A stretch of 63,035 nucleotides of DNA, filler included, from Rhabdomonas costata (GCA_019059605.1; 46 parts of 46 records of this genome joined end to end with filler, not necessarily neighbours in it); one strand, 5' to 3'; shown: positions 50,936-62,977, counted from the whole stretch's first letter. Numbers and translations are program-made. Notes: generated from the letters alone by a model not told the origin.

Positions 50936-51691
50936 ATGGATCTTAGGGGAATCTTGGACGAGGTCCCCGTGGTTTCCCTTGCCGAGGCTGCGCGAAGGCT
51001 GCAAGGCGTGCAGTTCTATCACCCAAACCGAGGGGACCTTGTGTTCGACTTCAAGTTTGCGTGGACTGATGGTCCAGACAGCCTGGAGCTGTGCATGCGG
51101 TGGGCGGTTGAGAAGGCCCCCGAGGATGTGCGTGCGGCGGTGAGCATTGACTGCATTGCCGCCATCCGAGGCTTCACCGGCACCGTGATGTGCTACGTGC
51201 TGCGGCAGCTGATGACGACCGACCGAGGATGCCCGCGGTTCCAGGACGCACTGCCCTTCGCGAAGCTGGTGCTGGTGGGCCTGCGCAGCCTACCGTCGCG
51301 GTTCCGGGTTATTGCGACGAAGGTCTATCGTGCGGAAGACGGAGAGAAGGAGTCCCTCAAGGATGAAAACGGGCCTTCGCATATTCGGGTCTTCTTCTAC
51401 AGCCTGACCTCATTCACCACAGACCCGAAGGTCCTCGCGGGGTTCAAAGGATCGGGCTCTGGGCCTCGGACCCTGTACGAGGTGAATGGGATGTGGGGCT
51501 ACGATATTCGGGAGCTGTCGGTGTGCCCCACGGAGAGGGAAGTTGTAGCGGAGTTCGGCGCAGCGGTGGACGTGCACTTCGTCTACCGCCATGAGGCGGC
51601 GGTGGGTGCAGGGGAAGTCAAGCTCGGACTGGTGAGTGTGGTGGGCACCTGCAACCGAGAGGCGTCGATCCCCTTTCTCGGTGGAGCTGAG
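50936..51691 (+). CDS. R-S-E class (ARTC/toxin-like) mono-ADP-ribosyltransferase domain, single 756-nt exon
   Basis: PVVSLAEA...IAAIRGFTG...PFAKLVLVGLRSLP...KVYRA...FYSLTSFTTD...RTLYEV...GYDIRELSVCPTEREV. Catalytic R, S and ExE are present. Donor GAG|GTCTGT. Confidence 0.85.
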
Positions 51692-53848
51692 GTCTGTTTT
51701 TGTGGTTTTACGTTGCCATGAGGATGCCATCTCTCGTGTGGAATGCCATCTTATTAATGGTCTTGCCGTTTTCGGCTGGTTCGATCACGTAATTTGGAGT
51801 GACGCGGCTTACGGTTGGGGGAGGACTTGTCTTTCAGCGCGAGAAGCATAAGGACAACCCCCGAAAGGCGCATGTGTAATCGAATAAGTATAAAAGAAGA
51901 GATTTTCTCTCAGTCAGTTCCCATTACAGTTTCAAGGCGCAGTGTTTCTCGCATCCACCTCACCCTACCCTTCCCCTAAAATCGGCGTGTGGTAGAGGTG
52001 TTGCCCTTCGACGCTGAATATGGTAAGGGACTGAGGGGACGGAGTATGCCCCCCCCCCACAANNNNNNNNNNNNNNNNNNNNNNNNNNNNNNNNNNNNNN
52101 NNNNNNTTAATTAATTAANNNNNNNNNNNNNNNNNNNNNNNNNNNNNNNNNNNNNNNNNNNNTTTTTTGTGTGGATATTCTGGTTTTAAAATTTTACAGA
52201 GCGATTGTTTTCTTCTTTGCTTTTTGGGGTTTCCCTTTGAGTTTACCGCCATTCAGTTCGCAGTGCTAAGCACTGAACGTCTACTGATGGTGTTCCCTTC
52301 TGCCTTTTCACAAATTTGGGGCGCGTGTGTGGAAGGCATCGACAGGGCTCATCTTGTAACTTTTCATTTCAAGACCCCGCAAGCCGAACCACATTCGCTC
52401 GAAATGTTCGCTTACCTCCCTCACTCTTGCATAGGTGACGATGCAGGACTTGATGAAAGCCCTGGTAATGTGGCATCTCACTTTCTCTTCTTTGTTTGGA
52501 AAACGGCAAACCTTGGGCATTCCGCTTGGTTTCACCATCTTGTTCCTGTTTTTTTGCTGTGTGTGTTTTTCGCTCACGTTCGGAATTTAGGAGAGAGATT
52601 CCTTCCCAGAAAGAACCCAACGACAAAGGGAAACCGCTTCGGTGCTGCCGCCGATGTTGTTCATAGAAATTGGAGGCTTAGCGCGAAACGGTTTTTGGTA
52701 TTCGCGTCAAAGGGACCTGGGGTTGCTGGGGTTTCGACCTGGAGTTGGTCTAGGTCCTTGGTGGCGGGTTGTGGCTTGTAATCCATTTGGTTGTTGGTGG
52801 TTGTTGGAGGAACACAAGGCTTTTCGTTGATTGGTTGAAAAGAGTACGTAGGGCTCTTCAGGGCGAAGTACATTACTTGGCCACTCCCCCGTTACGCAGA
52901 CCCGTGAGTAGTGATCGCCACCCAACTTAAAAAGTGCGTGGCGATCGCTACGGATGCCGAGAAAACCGTTTCCGCCGAGGACCGTGCATGTCTCCTGTGG
53001 TATATGTCGCATACAACTACTGTTGAGAGTCATTGGATATTGGATGGTGAGCAACCGTCCTCCAGCGGGCGGCCCCCTTTCGCCTCTCCCACCGCCATCT
53101 CGCTCCCTCGAGCCGAAGCAGAGGGATGGTGGCACATGCGTTTCCCAGGGTCACAGTTCTGTGGTCATATCATGACGCTTGTTGTGCACGTGTCAATAGG
53201 CCCCTCATTTTTTTTGTGCGCGACGATGTATGGATGTGTTTTTTCCGTGCTTAATGTAAAAGAAAAGTGTTGTGGTTGTAGATGTTGTCTGTGGTGTATG
53301 GAGTGGCTGTGAAAGGACGACTGTGTGGGGTCCTGCTTACTGTTGAACAGATCTTGGATTTGGATTTTGATGTTCACCTTAACCGCCTTTTGTGGCCATC
53401 GATTGCTGGCTTTGGTATTGCAGCCTTTTGGAGTNNNNNNNNNNNNNNNNNNNNNNNNNNNNNNNNNNNNNNNNNNNNTTAATTAATTAANNNNNNNNNN
53501 NNNNNNNNNNNNNNNNNNNNNNNNNNNNNNNNNNGGTTGGGGAGCTACAGGACTCTCTGGCACGTGCCACGGCCGCCGCTTCTGCGGCAGGGTATGCTCC
53601 AACAGATGAGCACATTCACATCTCGTATAAATGCTTTCCTCGGGATCGAAACTGGTTAAAGGGACATTGGCCCGTGGAAGGGGAGCAAGAGTACAGAGCT
53701 GTGCATCGTGAAGCTGTGCGCACCGGTAACCGCTCGCTTTGCCTTAAGCAAGTGCGAAGTCAAAACGGATGTCTTCGAAGGACGCAGTGCGGAGCTCTCA
53801 CTGATTTTTCACCTTTCGAGGGCTAAATGGAACTTTTGTGTGCGTCAG

Positions 53849-53983
53849 GGCCTCTGCAGACCAACCCAATGGTCACCATCCGCCTCGGGAGGGGGAGCGA
53901 GACCCCGCGGAGCTTCTGGCAGAGCTCCGTGAGCTGCTCGCGCAGAAAGAGGCGCTCATCAGGGAGCTCGGGACTGCTGAGCG
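53849..53983 (+). CDS. Coiled-coil protein exon, unknown
   Basis: DPAELLAELRELLAQKEALIRELGTAE between TCAG| and CG|GTATGG. Confidence 0.5.
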
Positions 53984-55219
53984 GTATGGCGGTGTGGAGT
54001 GGAGTGGGGTGGGGTAGGTGGAACTCGCGCAGCTGTGTGGTTCAAGGATTTTTGTTTTTGGGATGTAGAGGTGGTCTCAAGGGTTTTGGGGCCACTCTTC
54101 CCTTCAGGAGCTGGAATGCGTATGTTTTTGGGAGACCTAATTGTTTGTACACCTGGACACCGTGGAGGGAGGTGAAGATTTGAATATCGCAGCACATATG
54201 AACGTTTTGATTGATCTCCTATTCATTGTACTCTTTTCTTGTTTGGGGGGGTGTGCCAGTGTATATGTCTCGATCAGAACTCCCTTGCGGGCAAAGCCTC
54301 TCAAGAAAGGCAAGCTTCGAGGAAAGCGGACCATGGTCTCTCTCGCTTGCTGCCTCTCTTTCTTCTCCGTTACCAACACAACCCCGAAGCTCATCCTGCT
54401 CCTTCATTCGTGCTGAAGCCCATGAGCTCGCTTTTCCTTGAGTTGGAAAGATCTCGCAACGCCAGATAGGATTTTGGAATTGCGCACCCACATCAAATCA
54501 AGTTTCGAACGGGAATCTCGAGTTCTGAGTGGCCGCTGTGTTCCATGGAGAGCCAAGTCCGCTACAACTTCGAGATCGATGCTCCGTATTCTCCACTTAC
54601 TTCGTCTCATTTCAGTCTCCAAGGGATCCCACCGCAGGGGACGGTGTTGGGGATGGAGATGGCCTGCCGGGCGATCTCAGTGCTCTGGTCGCTACGTCCG
54701 CATTTCAGGTACTGTCTTGATGCTCAATTTCCGAATTGCTGAGGCTGAGATGTGAGTCGAGCCGAGAGCCTTAGGTGAACTGGACGAGAGGGCTAAACCA
54801 CCACACNNNNNNNNNNNNNNNNNNNNNNNNNNNNNNNNNNNNNNNNNNNNTTAATTAATTAANNNNNNNNNNNNNNNNNNNNNNNNNNNNNNNNNNNNNN
54901 NNNNNNGTGGTGGGTGTGTTTGGGTTGGTTTGGCGAGCCAGCGGTGCTTTCTCTGCTGCCTTCTTTCATCATCACAACCTCTCTCTGTTCCAGTGACATA
55001 CAGCCCCATTGGGTCGGCTTGAGGGTGTGCAGAGACATAAGGCGACGCGTCCTGTGTTCTCGGCCGCTGTTTTTGCCTCAACTTGGCGGGACATGAGTCA
55101 CAGTCCCTGTTCAATTCCTCGCTCGCTCAGTCGCGCTTTCTCCCACCAACCCTGCTCAGGAGTTACGTCCCTCTCATCCACGCATCGCATGTTACACTGT
55201 CCTGCAAATGGCTTCGCAG

Positions 55220-55927
55220 CTGGCAACGATGTCGTGGCCTCGCTGAGCTCCACCCGGGGCCCCGTCGCCGCGGTCGACCTCACGGTCACGGGGTGGGAGT
55301 ACACCCGCGCCCTACAGGGGGACTACCTCTGCGCCTTCAACGGGGTTACGTTCCCCGTGACAGTGATCAACTCCTGCTCGCTGGTCTGCCACCTGCAGGC
55401 CCCATCGAGCCCTACCAAAGCTGCCCTGCAGGTGTCCGCTTCGCCCTTTCCCATTCGAGCCGGATCACCCCACCTTTCCTTTTTACGCTTGTTTTGCTGC
55501 CTGATGGTTTCCTGCACGTTTCGCTCTCTCTCTCAGTAGCTCAATAGCAGCCTTGATTTGTGGGCCGGGGTCTGAGCATGAATCCAAATTCCCGAGCAGA
55601 GTTTCCACTCGACTCTCTTGGTGGCCCCTCTAGCTGTTGTTCACTTCATCATGGGTGCTTTTTCAGTTTCAAAAAAGCGCGCGGGACTTGTGTGTTTTTA
55701 TGAGCTTGTCTTGTGATTATTGAGATTGAGATGACATTCTCCAAACATTTGTGTTTCTTGATATCAGGGAACATGTGTACCGCTCGCAGGTATCCCTAGA
55801 CCGCGGAAACACCTTTTCCGGTACCCTGGAGTACGCCTTTGTTGGATCAGCCACTCAGCTGAAGGCCTGCGAGGCCGCGGCGGACTCAACCTGCGCCACG
55901 TCCTCCCCTACACACAAGAGCGATGCG
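55220..55927 (+). CDS. IPT/TIG-domain surface protein; exons 55220-55431, 55790-55927
   Basis: VVASLSSTRGP...LTVTG...YLCAF...VTVINSCSLVC...LQ|VSLDRGNTFSGTLEYAF matches the IPT pattern. Confidence 0.7.
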
Positions 55928-56652
55928 GTGTGTCTGGGCAAATGGGAAATATCCCGCGCATCCCCCCTCCCAACTTTCCCGGCCTTCCCATTTCATCTTG
56001 TATAATGTACACTGGTGCTCGCACACTGTCGGTTGGCCATGCCTCACTCACTTCTAACCACACTGGTCACGGGACCTTGAGAGGTTCCGGGTATAGGAGT
56101 GCCCTGGAATGTTTTAGCAGATCAATTACCCTCATCACTGGAACAGCGATTCCACGTGTAGCTCGACCACCCACCACNNNNNNNNNNNNNNNNNNNNNNN
56201 NNNNNNNNNNNNNNNNNNNNNTTAATTAATTAANNNNNNNNNNNNNNNNNNNNNNNNNNNNNNNNNNNNNNNNNNNNCACCTGCTAGTGCAGGTGCGATG
56301 ACGAGCAAGAATCTGCTGTCCAAATCCCATCCATTGAGGTCATTTCCTCCCATCTCCTAATACTACTAGCAAGATGACGCAATGTGCTAGAAGTGAAACC
56401 ATTCGACAACGAAACGGCATGTCTATATGAACGACACTGAATTCGACGACCAAGCCAATGAGTTCAACATAAGAAATGGAGAAAAGTCCGCAAGTCCAGC
56501 TACAAAAAAACCACGCGCATATCACGGACGGGGCTGAGGATATCGCATATGCCACTCTCCAGTTAACAGCAGGAAGTCTTCTGAACCACACTGTCCTTGC
56601 ACGCAACACACAGCATATGAAAGAAAAGAAAAATTAGGGGCGGAGCAGAGAC

Positions 56653-57549
56653 CTGCAGGCCGTCCAAGTCCGCCCCACAGAAACGGCACCCAGAGAGGTC
56701 CCACCTTCGCACTACATGATCCACGGCAGCCACTAAGGTCATCGCGTTGGCCGCCGCGCGGCACCGACGACCCTCAGGGGCATAGCTGTCCCAAAGCTTT
56801 GCTCGACTATCGCTACCATCGGCCGCGCTCTCAGAAATGTGGGGGTCCCCCTTCGTCAGCAAGACAATGGCCTGCAGGGCCATTATGAAGCGCTGGTAGT
56901 CTGAAACGCTGCGGTGCACTAGCAGGTCCCGCACGAAGGCACACACCGCTGGCTGGTGGGGAAGATCCAAATCTAGGCTACTCAGATCATCAGGGTTCTC
57001 CAACAGCGCGTACGCTGCAAAGAATTCCTGCAAGCTGAGGTGGCTAAAACTCACCGGGGCTGCAAGCTCGCGCAAGCGGCCAACCCGAAGCATCACCGCC
57101 ATGTGCAGCATGTCATCTATGGCCTGCCTCTCCTGCTCGCTTTCTTCGTCCTGATCTCCCAGTCTGTCAGAGCTAATGGAGGATTCTGCCGAACGTAGGC
57201 AATGCCGAAGTTGCAGAAGGAACACCGCGCGCACCTCTCGCATCGACATGAAGGCCGTCTGCCGGGCACACAGCTGTATCGCAAGGACCTGACAAGCCTC
57301 AAACAAAGCCTTGGCCTTCGAGGAACCGTTTTTAAGAAGGCCTTCCATCAGAACAAGGCGATAGACTTCCCCGCGATTCAGGGCCTGGCGGCGCGGCTTC
57401 TCCAGCTTCTCTAGAAGATCTTCATCGGCCTTGCATAGCATCGCCGCAAGAGCAGGGGTCGCGATGAGGGATTGGAGCTCAGGGATCCCTCGCACTCGCC
57501 TCACCAACTCCTTGCTCTGCCGAAGGCCCTCCTCGGTCGCACAACACAA
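56653..57549 (-). CDS. NACHT/STAND NTPase (helical and winged-helix domains) followed by pentapeptide repeat start; NLR-like; single exon of about 890 nt or more
   Basis: LQSLIATPALAAML (HD1 Pro), LNRGEVY, FSHLSLQEFFAAY (winged-helix motif), AAANAMTL...DLSGCRFCGADLDG (pentapeptide). Confidence 0.88.
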
Positions 57550-58102
57550 NNNNNNNNNNNNNNNNNNNNNNNNNNNNNNNNNNNNNNNNNNNNTTAATTA
57601 ATTAANNNNNNNNNNNNNNNNNNNNNNNNNNNNNNNNNNNNNNNNNNNNTTTTGCAGGACCCTACGCAAGGGTTGCGAGAGTGCCACCACAAAAGGAGAG
57701 GCTATGCTCTGCGGTGTCCCGCAGAAGATATTTGGTGTTTTCGGGTTGGGGTTCGGGTTTCGGAATTTTCCATAGAAACCCATGTCACTCCAACTATACG
57801 ACTATGCAACCCAGGATGTGCGTGTATTAGGTAAGGAGCAGCTTTCATTTCAATATCGCTCTCCTTCACGAGTAAGTGAGTGTTTCCGTTTCCGTCTTTT
57901 CATCGGAAAAACAAACACAAACTCAGACAAACAAACACACTTAAGTCAATGAAGAAAAACGTGCAAGAAAATTTTGCGCCGCAGAAGCTGGGCATTTTGC
58001 ACAGCCTGGAGAACACGACCAAGGTTGTATGGGGATAACCTGCCGGAAAAGACAGAACAGACAAACCTTGTAGAGCAAAGGAGCATGCTCTGTGCTCTTC
58101 AC

Positions 58103-58672
58103 CTTCAGGTACATGCTTGGAGGAAATGTACCGATGGCGGGGGTATCCTTAACATTCAACGTCTTCAGGAGCTCGAGGGCTTCTGGCTCAGTGGCGTTGA
58201 CCAGCCCAAACTTTCACACACAAACAACAAAACCAACGTTACAATAATATTAGTATTTCACGTGTGAACGATGTCAAGCGATGTTAAACAAACCTCGATT
58301 GCCCCTGCAAGCTTTTCTGCCGCCTCATCGAACGCAGTCTTTAGCCCAGCGATGTCTTTGTCCCTGTGGGAACAATCACGTACCTTTGTAGTACCGGTGC
58401 AACGACCAATCAACCATTAGGCACAGCGAGCACCACCCATTGACGTTGCCAACAACAAAATCATGACAACAACACCGAAAAGTACCAGGGGGAAATGTGA
58501 CGAACCGTGGCTTCGCGAAAAAAACGGCCGAGACGTGTTTGGACGTGAATATATGAGCCGCAAACTCTGGCTCGGTGAGCGCCGTCACCGCCCCAGTGGT
58601 CAGGGCAAGTCCTCTGAGGGCCAAGAAGGCAAGAACTAGTCCTGCGGCAAACAAAAGCCGCCCAAAGGTCAT
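58103..58672 (-). CDS. Secreted/ER thioredoxin-fold (PDI-like) protein lacking CxxC; exons 58672-58506, 58363-58294, 58210-58103
   Basis: Signal peptide, then VTALTEPEFAAHI...AVFFAKPR|DKDIAGLKTAFDEAAEKLAGAIE|FGLVNATE...LNVKDTPAI. Confidence 0.75.
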
Positions 58673-61600
58673 CTTTGGCAATTGCTACAGCAAACTGAAG
58701 ACTGTGAAAAGCAAAAACAACACAACCACACTTTCATTTGGCGTTTGTTATTCCCATATCCTAGACTGACGTTTTGCCCATACCCATACATATACATGCA
58801 CTGAAATTCCTCGGGTGGGGTGCACACATATTCAAAGGGCCCAGAAGTTTGTTTCCAATAATTCTTTTAAGCAAGAAACGCAGGGCACCGGGACCTTTTT
58901 GGTCAATTCCCTGCACAACACNNNNNNNNNNNNNNNNNNNNNNNNNNNNNNNNNNNNNNNNNNNNTTAATTAATTAANNNNNNNNNNNNNNNNNNNNNNN
59001 NNNNNNNNNNNNNNNNNNNNNTGTTTTTGGTGTACGTCTTCGAGAAAAGACACGTTGCCCTCACCCCTATCTCACTGAAGGGAGTGAGGTCTTCCAGTGT
59101 CCTCGCCTCTTGCAATGAACTTGTGGTAGAGTGTAAGTGTTGGAATGTGTTTGGGAGGGGGAGGGATTCCTTGGGGGCGACGGAAGACTAGTGTGGTGTG
59201 TGCGTCCATCTGCCGTCGCCCCCTCCCAGTGTTCATAGTCTCCTCCGGGTGTGCTTGTGCTTTTATTTTCATATTGTTTCGTGCCAGGATGCAGTCCCAC
59301 TACGCCATCACTCCCTCCCTCCCCATCCTTACTCAATCGCTTTCTCTTGTTGTTAACAGCAGCATCTTTTTTCTGGGCTGCTTGCAAAGCTGGATCAGTG
59401 AAGGAAGTGTAGAATCGACGGGCTCCATGTCAGGTAACCAGGCGTGTTGATTGAGTGGAATACGCTGATCGATGGGAACCCCTCCTATCTCACCCTTTCC
59501 ACAATAACATCTGCAATGATTTCCAATGCTGTGATGCGCCGCGTTGTATTCGTTCTTGGTATTGTGGATGCTGCGATGTCCGCGCTTATCGCACTATGCG
59601 CGATGGCAACCGACTGATGGTATGCAATGTTCATGTTCATATAGCTCTCACCCCGGTGGTCATTGGTTGACAAAGCCCGATGCCATGTGGGTTTGGGGCT
59701 GGCTTTGCGTGCCGTGTGCGCACCAAAGGGCTCCTTGCTTTCGACCTTTCGCTGTCTGGTGACTGCGCTCCAAAAACTCGCACTCTCCCCCCGACCCCCC
59801 CCCTCTTCATAGTATGTATGTGTGCGGCTCTGATCCAAACCTTCTCTCATGACCCTGGTTACACCAAGCTGCTGCCTCCCTACCGATCGTTGTCTTTAAG
59901 ATGAGCTTGGGGGTTGTTTTGGAGGTCTCTTTGGAGGTCGTCCCTGCCATCCTTAAGCAGCTTATGTTTCCCCCAAATACCTCTGGTTTATGATGCCGAG
60001 TACCGGTGAACTGATCGGATAATAGACCAAGGACCTTTTCCATCCTCATTTGGCTTTTCAGTTTGATGCCTTCGGTTACCAGATGTACCTTGGAAGCAGG
60101 TGCTGGAACTTGGGTCTCTGGGGTAAAAAGCGTTCCAGAGAGTTTTCCTTGGTGAAGGACTGCCTGGACAGAAAGCGCTAAAAGAAGGTTGCAAGAGCTG
60201 TGACGGGCACTCTCCTCCTTCGCCAGCGCATTGTGTTTTGAGGTTGTTCAGCTGAACATCATGTGGGGAGCGGGAGCTGCACCCCCCAACACNNNNNNNN
60301 NNNNNNNNNNNNNNNNNNNNNNNNNNNNNNNNNNNNTTAATTAATTAANNNNNNNNNNNNNNNNNNNNNNNNNNNNNNNNNNNNNNNNNNNNGTTCTTGG
60401 GGTTTGTTATGCTTTTTTCCTGAAAAATCGCCCGTTCTTTGCGATATAACCTGCTTTGCAAAATTTTGCGTGTGCATGGCTAAGTTTCATATCTTTCAAT
60501 TGTAACTCACAGTTTCTTGCACCTTTGTTGCCCGCTGCATTCCACTGAGATGGGAACAACGTGGTTTGCATAACAGCGTGAATGTACCGAAAAGTGATGG
60601 TCATAAGCAAAAACTGAGATTCGAGTGTAACGTTTCCGGACCACAAACGCTTAGGCTCACCACGGCAATATCGGCATTGCCAGCCCTGTTCACGGAATCC
60701 CGGCCTCAGTCCAGTGGTGAGATTGCAGGTGGGGCCAGGCCACCACCTACAGGAAGGGGAGGCTGCGGTGGGGGCTGCCCGCTCCGCGGCACGACAGACG
60801 GTACCCTTTGCACCAGCCCCGCCCTGGCTTGACGCATGGAGAACTGCAGCACCCCAATCTTCACCTCGCTGCTGATCAGTCTGCGGTACAAATGATGAGG
60901 AAGAAACTGGTGTGGTTTGTAACGCTGGGGCAAAAAAACAAATATCAATGATTCAAAATCCACATTAACATTCCCCACCAAAAGTATCGTTCGCCACAAC
61001 GATAAGAAAGTGAACCAATCACATAACATATGGGGGGCCCATTTCTGGAAATTCGGAATCTGTGTGTGTGGGGGGAGTCTTAAGGGGGGGATTGCGCCTC
61101 GAGCAATTTTTGGCGCTTGGATTATGTGTGTGTGCCGCACGAACAGGTCAATAACAGGGCGCTGTCTGTCAAAACCACTGCTTCCTGTTGGACTGGATTT
61201 TCTGTGGGAAAACCTTGGTAAACGCAGACGTGATGCGCCGCATACTTAAAATAATGAACCCAAGGAACGACATGAATGAGATTTCGTGAAAAACCCAAAC
61301 GGACTATGCTGAATATGCGCGAGCACAACAACCAACCTGCGGCACTTGAGTAGGCTCTTTTCCTGAAAAGGAGAAATGGATAATGGAGAAATGGGACAGC
61401 TGCGAGAGACCGCACGCCATCTCAAGGAAAATGTGCAGCTACCTTCCGGAAAAATCAAAAGCAATGCTCATGTGTATGAACAAAAACTGCGCTTAAGGGT
61501 CTAGCAAATGTGCAGCTGATGCTGTTCATGCAGTGGTTTCGCCCATCCCGCAGTTGCCATGGCACGCTGCTCATTTTTCCACTGTATTACGCGACCTGCA

Positions 61601-62257
61601 ACCAACGGGTTGAAGACAGTTCCTGAAAAACACGAATTCAGTACCCCTTGGAGCTCACCACCCNNNNNNNNNNNNNNNNNNNNNNNNNNNNNNNNNNNNN
61701 NNNNNNNTTAATTAATTAANNNNNNNNNNNNNNNNNNNNNNNNNNNNNNNNNNNNNNNNNNNNAGGTCCCGCCATCAGGGCAATGGAAGCAATGGAAGAA
61801 GTGATGGCAAGGGTACGCCGTGAGACATTATGAGAAAGTATATGGTTAAAGCTTGGGTTCTTAGGTTCTTAGGCTCTTACCTTTTTAAGAGATGTAATTC
61901 ATGCCCAAAGCGACGGGGGTACAGGGGTGTAGGGGAGAATTCCAACGGTTTCCAATTCGGAAACTGTTTTAGGGCGTTTGTCATCAGAGATAGGGTAGGT
62001 AGCACATCCAGTCACCCAATCAGGCAGCATTCCGGATGGGATATTCTTTGCTTGGGCTATTCCTTCCTGGTTTACCACGAACAACATCAATACATTGGCC
62101 TCTCTCAGTATACCAATCTCGACAAGCTACAGCCTCTCCACCGCAAGGTGGTAAGAGTGTTACAGCATGCACTCATGCTCATGATATCTCAAGGACCAAC
62201 CGATTGTTATCATGTTCAATGAGACATTCTCTCAATGTGTCTCATCAAGCCAGAGAC

Positions 62258-62977
62258 CGCCACTGGACGTCGCGGAGGTACGGCAGCCGAAAGCCCGCCC
62301 CGCCCAACACAGAGCGTAGTTTGGGCAGCGCCGCAGAGTACTGCTGCACCAACGCCGCGACACGCGTGGTGGAGAGCGATGGGAGCTCCTCCAGAAGGAG
62401 GCTAAGGAGGCGGATAACGCAACAGGCAAAGGAAAGGAAAAAGGCGGAGCCACTCGGGAGGGTGCAGTGTTCGGTAGACCGCCGATCTGGTAAATGCGCG
62501 TGTCAAGCGACAGTATCTTTCGTCGGTGGGGAAGAAACACACCAAACCATCGGCCACCATTTAGCTGCACTCCCATGTGCTGCTACGCTGCCAAGTTAAA
62601 ATGCCACCAAAAGCGAAACTGAATTTCAATTTTCTGCTCTGCGTGAAAGGGCGTGAAAAGGGCCCCAAATGGCCAAACAATCCTATGAAGACTCCTGTGA
62701 AAGCTGCAAATCTGAGCATTTTTGGCCCAGTGCGGAGCCCTGCTCAGCCTTCATGCTGAGCAGTCGCGCGGTCGGAGACAGCCTGCCTTTGCTGCTGCTG
62801 CAATCGTGCACAACAGCGCAACGCCCATAAGACAAATACCTGAGCTCTTCTGGGGAGCTGTTGTGCTTCGCAGCCTCCAGCAACACCGTGCTGAGCCCAG
62901 AGAAGCCGTTGTAGAGCACCCCGTGATCGAGATGGAGCTCTGTCTCGACCTCTGTGAGGAGTAGCGATTCCATCGCC
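62258..62977 (-). CDS. COMMD3: COMM-domain protein (COMMD3-like); exons 62977-62840, 62401-62258
   Basis: GLSTVLLEAAKHNSSPEELS|LLLEE...YSAALPKLRSVLGGAGFRLPYLRDVQWR resembles COMMD3 LEAGKH...LPHITDVSWR. Confidence 0.75.

Noticed and set aside
50936-57549. ART and NACHT as a physical defence gene cluster
   Set aside because: Several spacers separate them; the contigs are unrelated and appear grouped by length.
1273-61763. Regularly spaced TTAATTAATTAA repeat resembling a CRISPR array or dispersed element
   Set aside because: It is embedded in N runs with fixed geometry: an artificial six-frame-stop linker.
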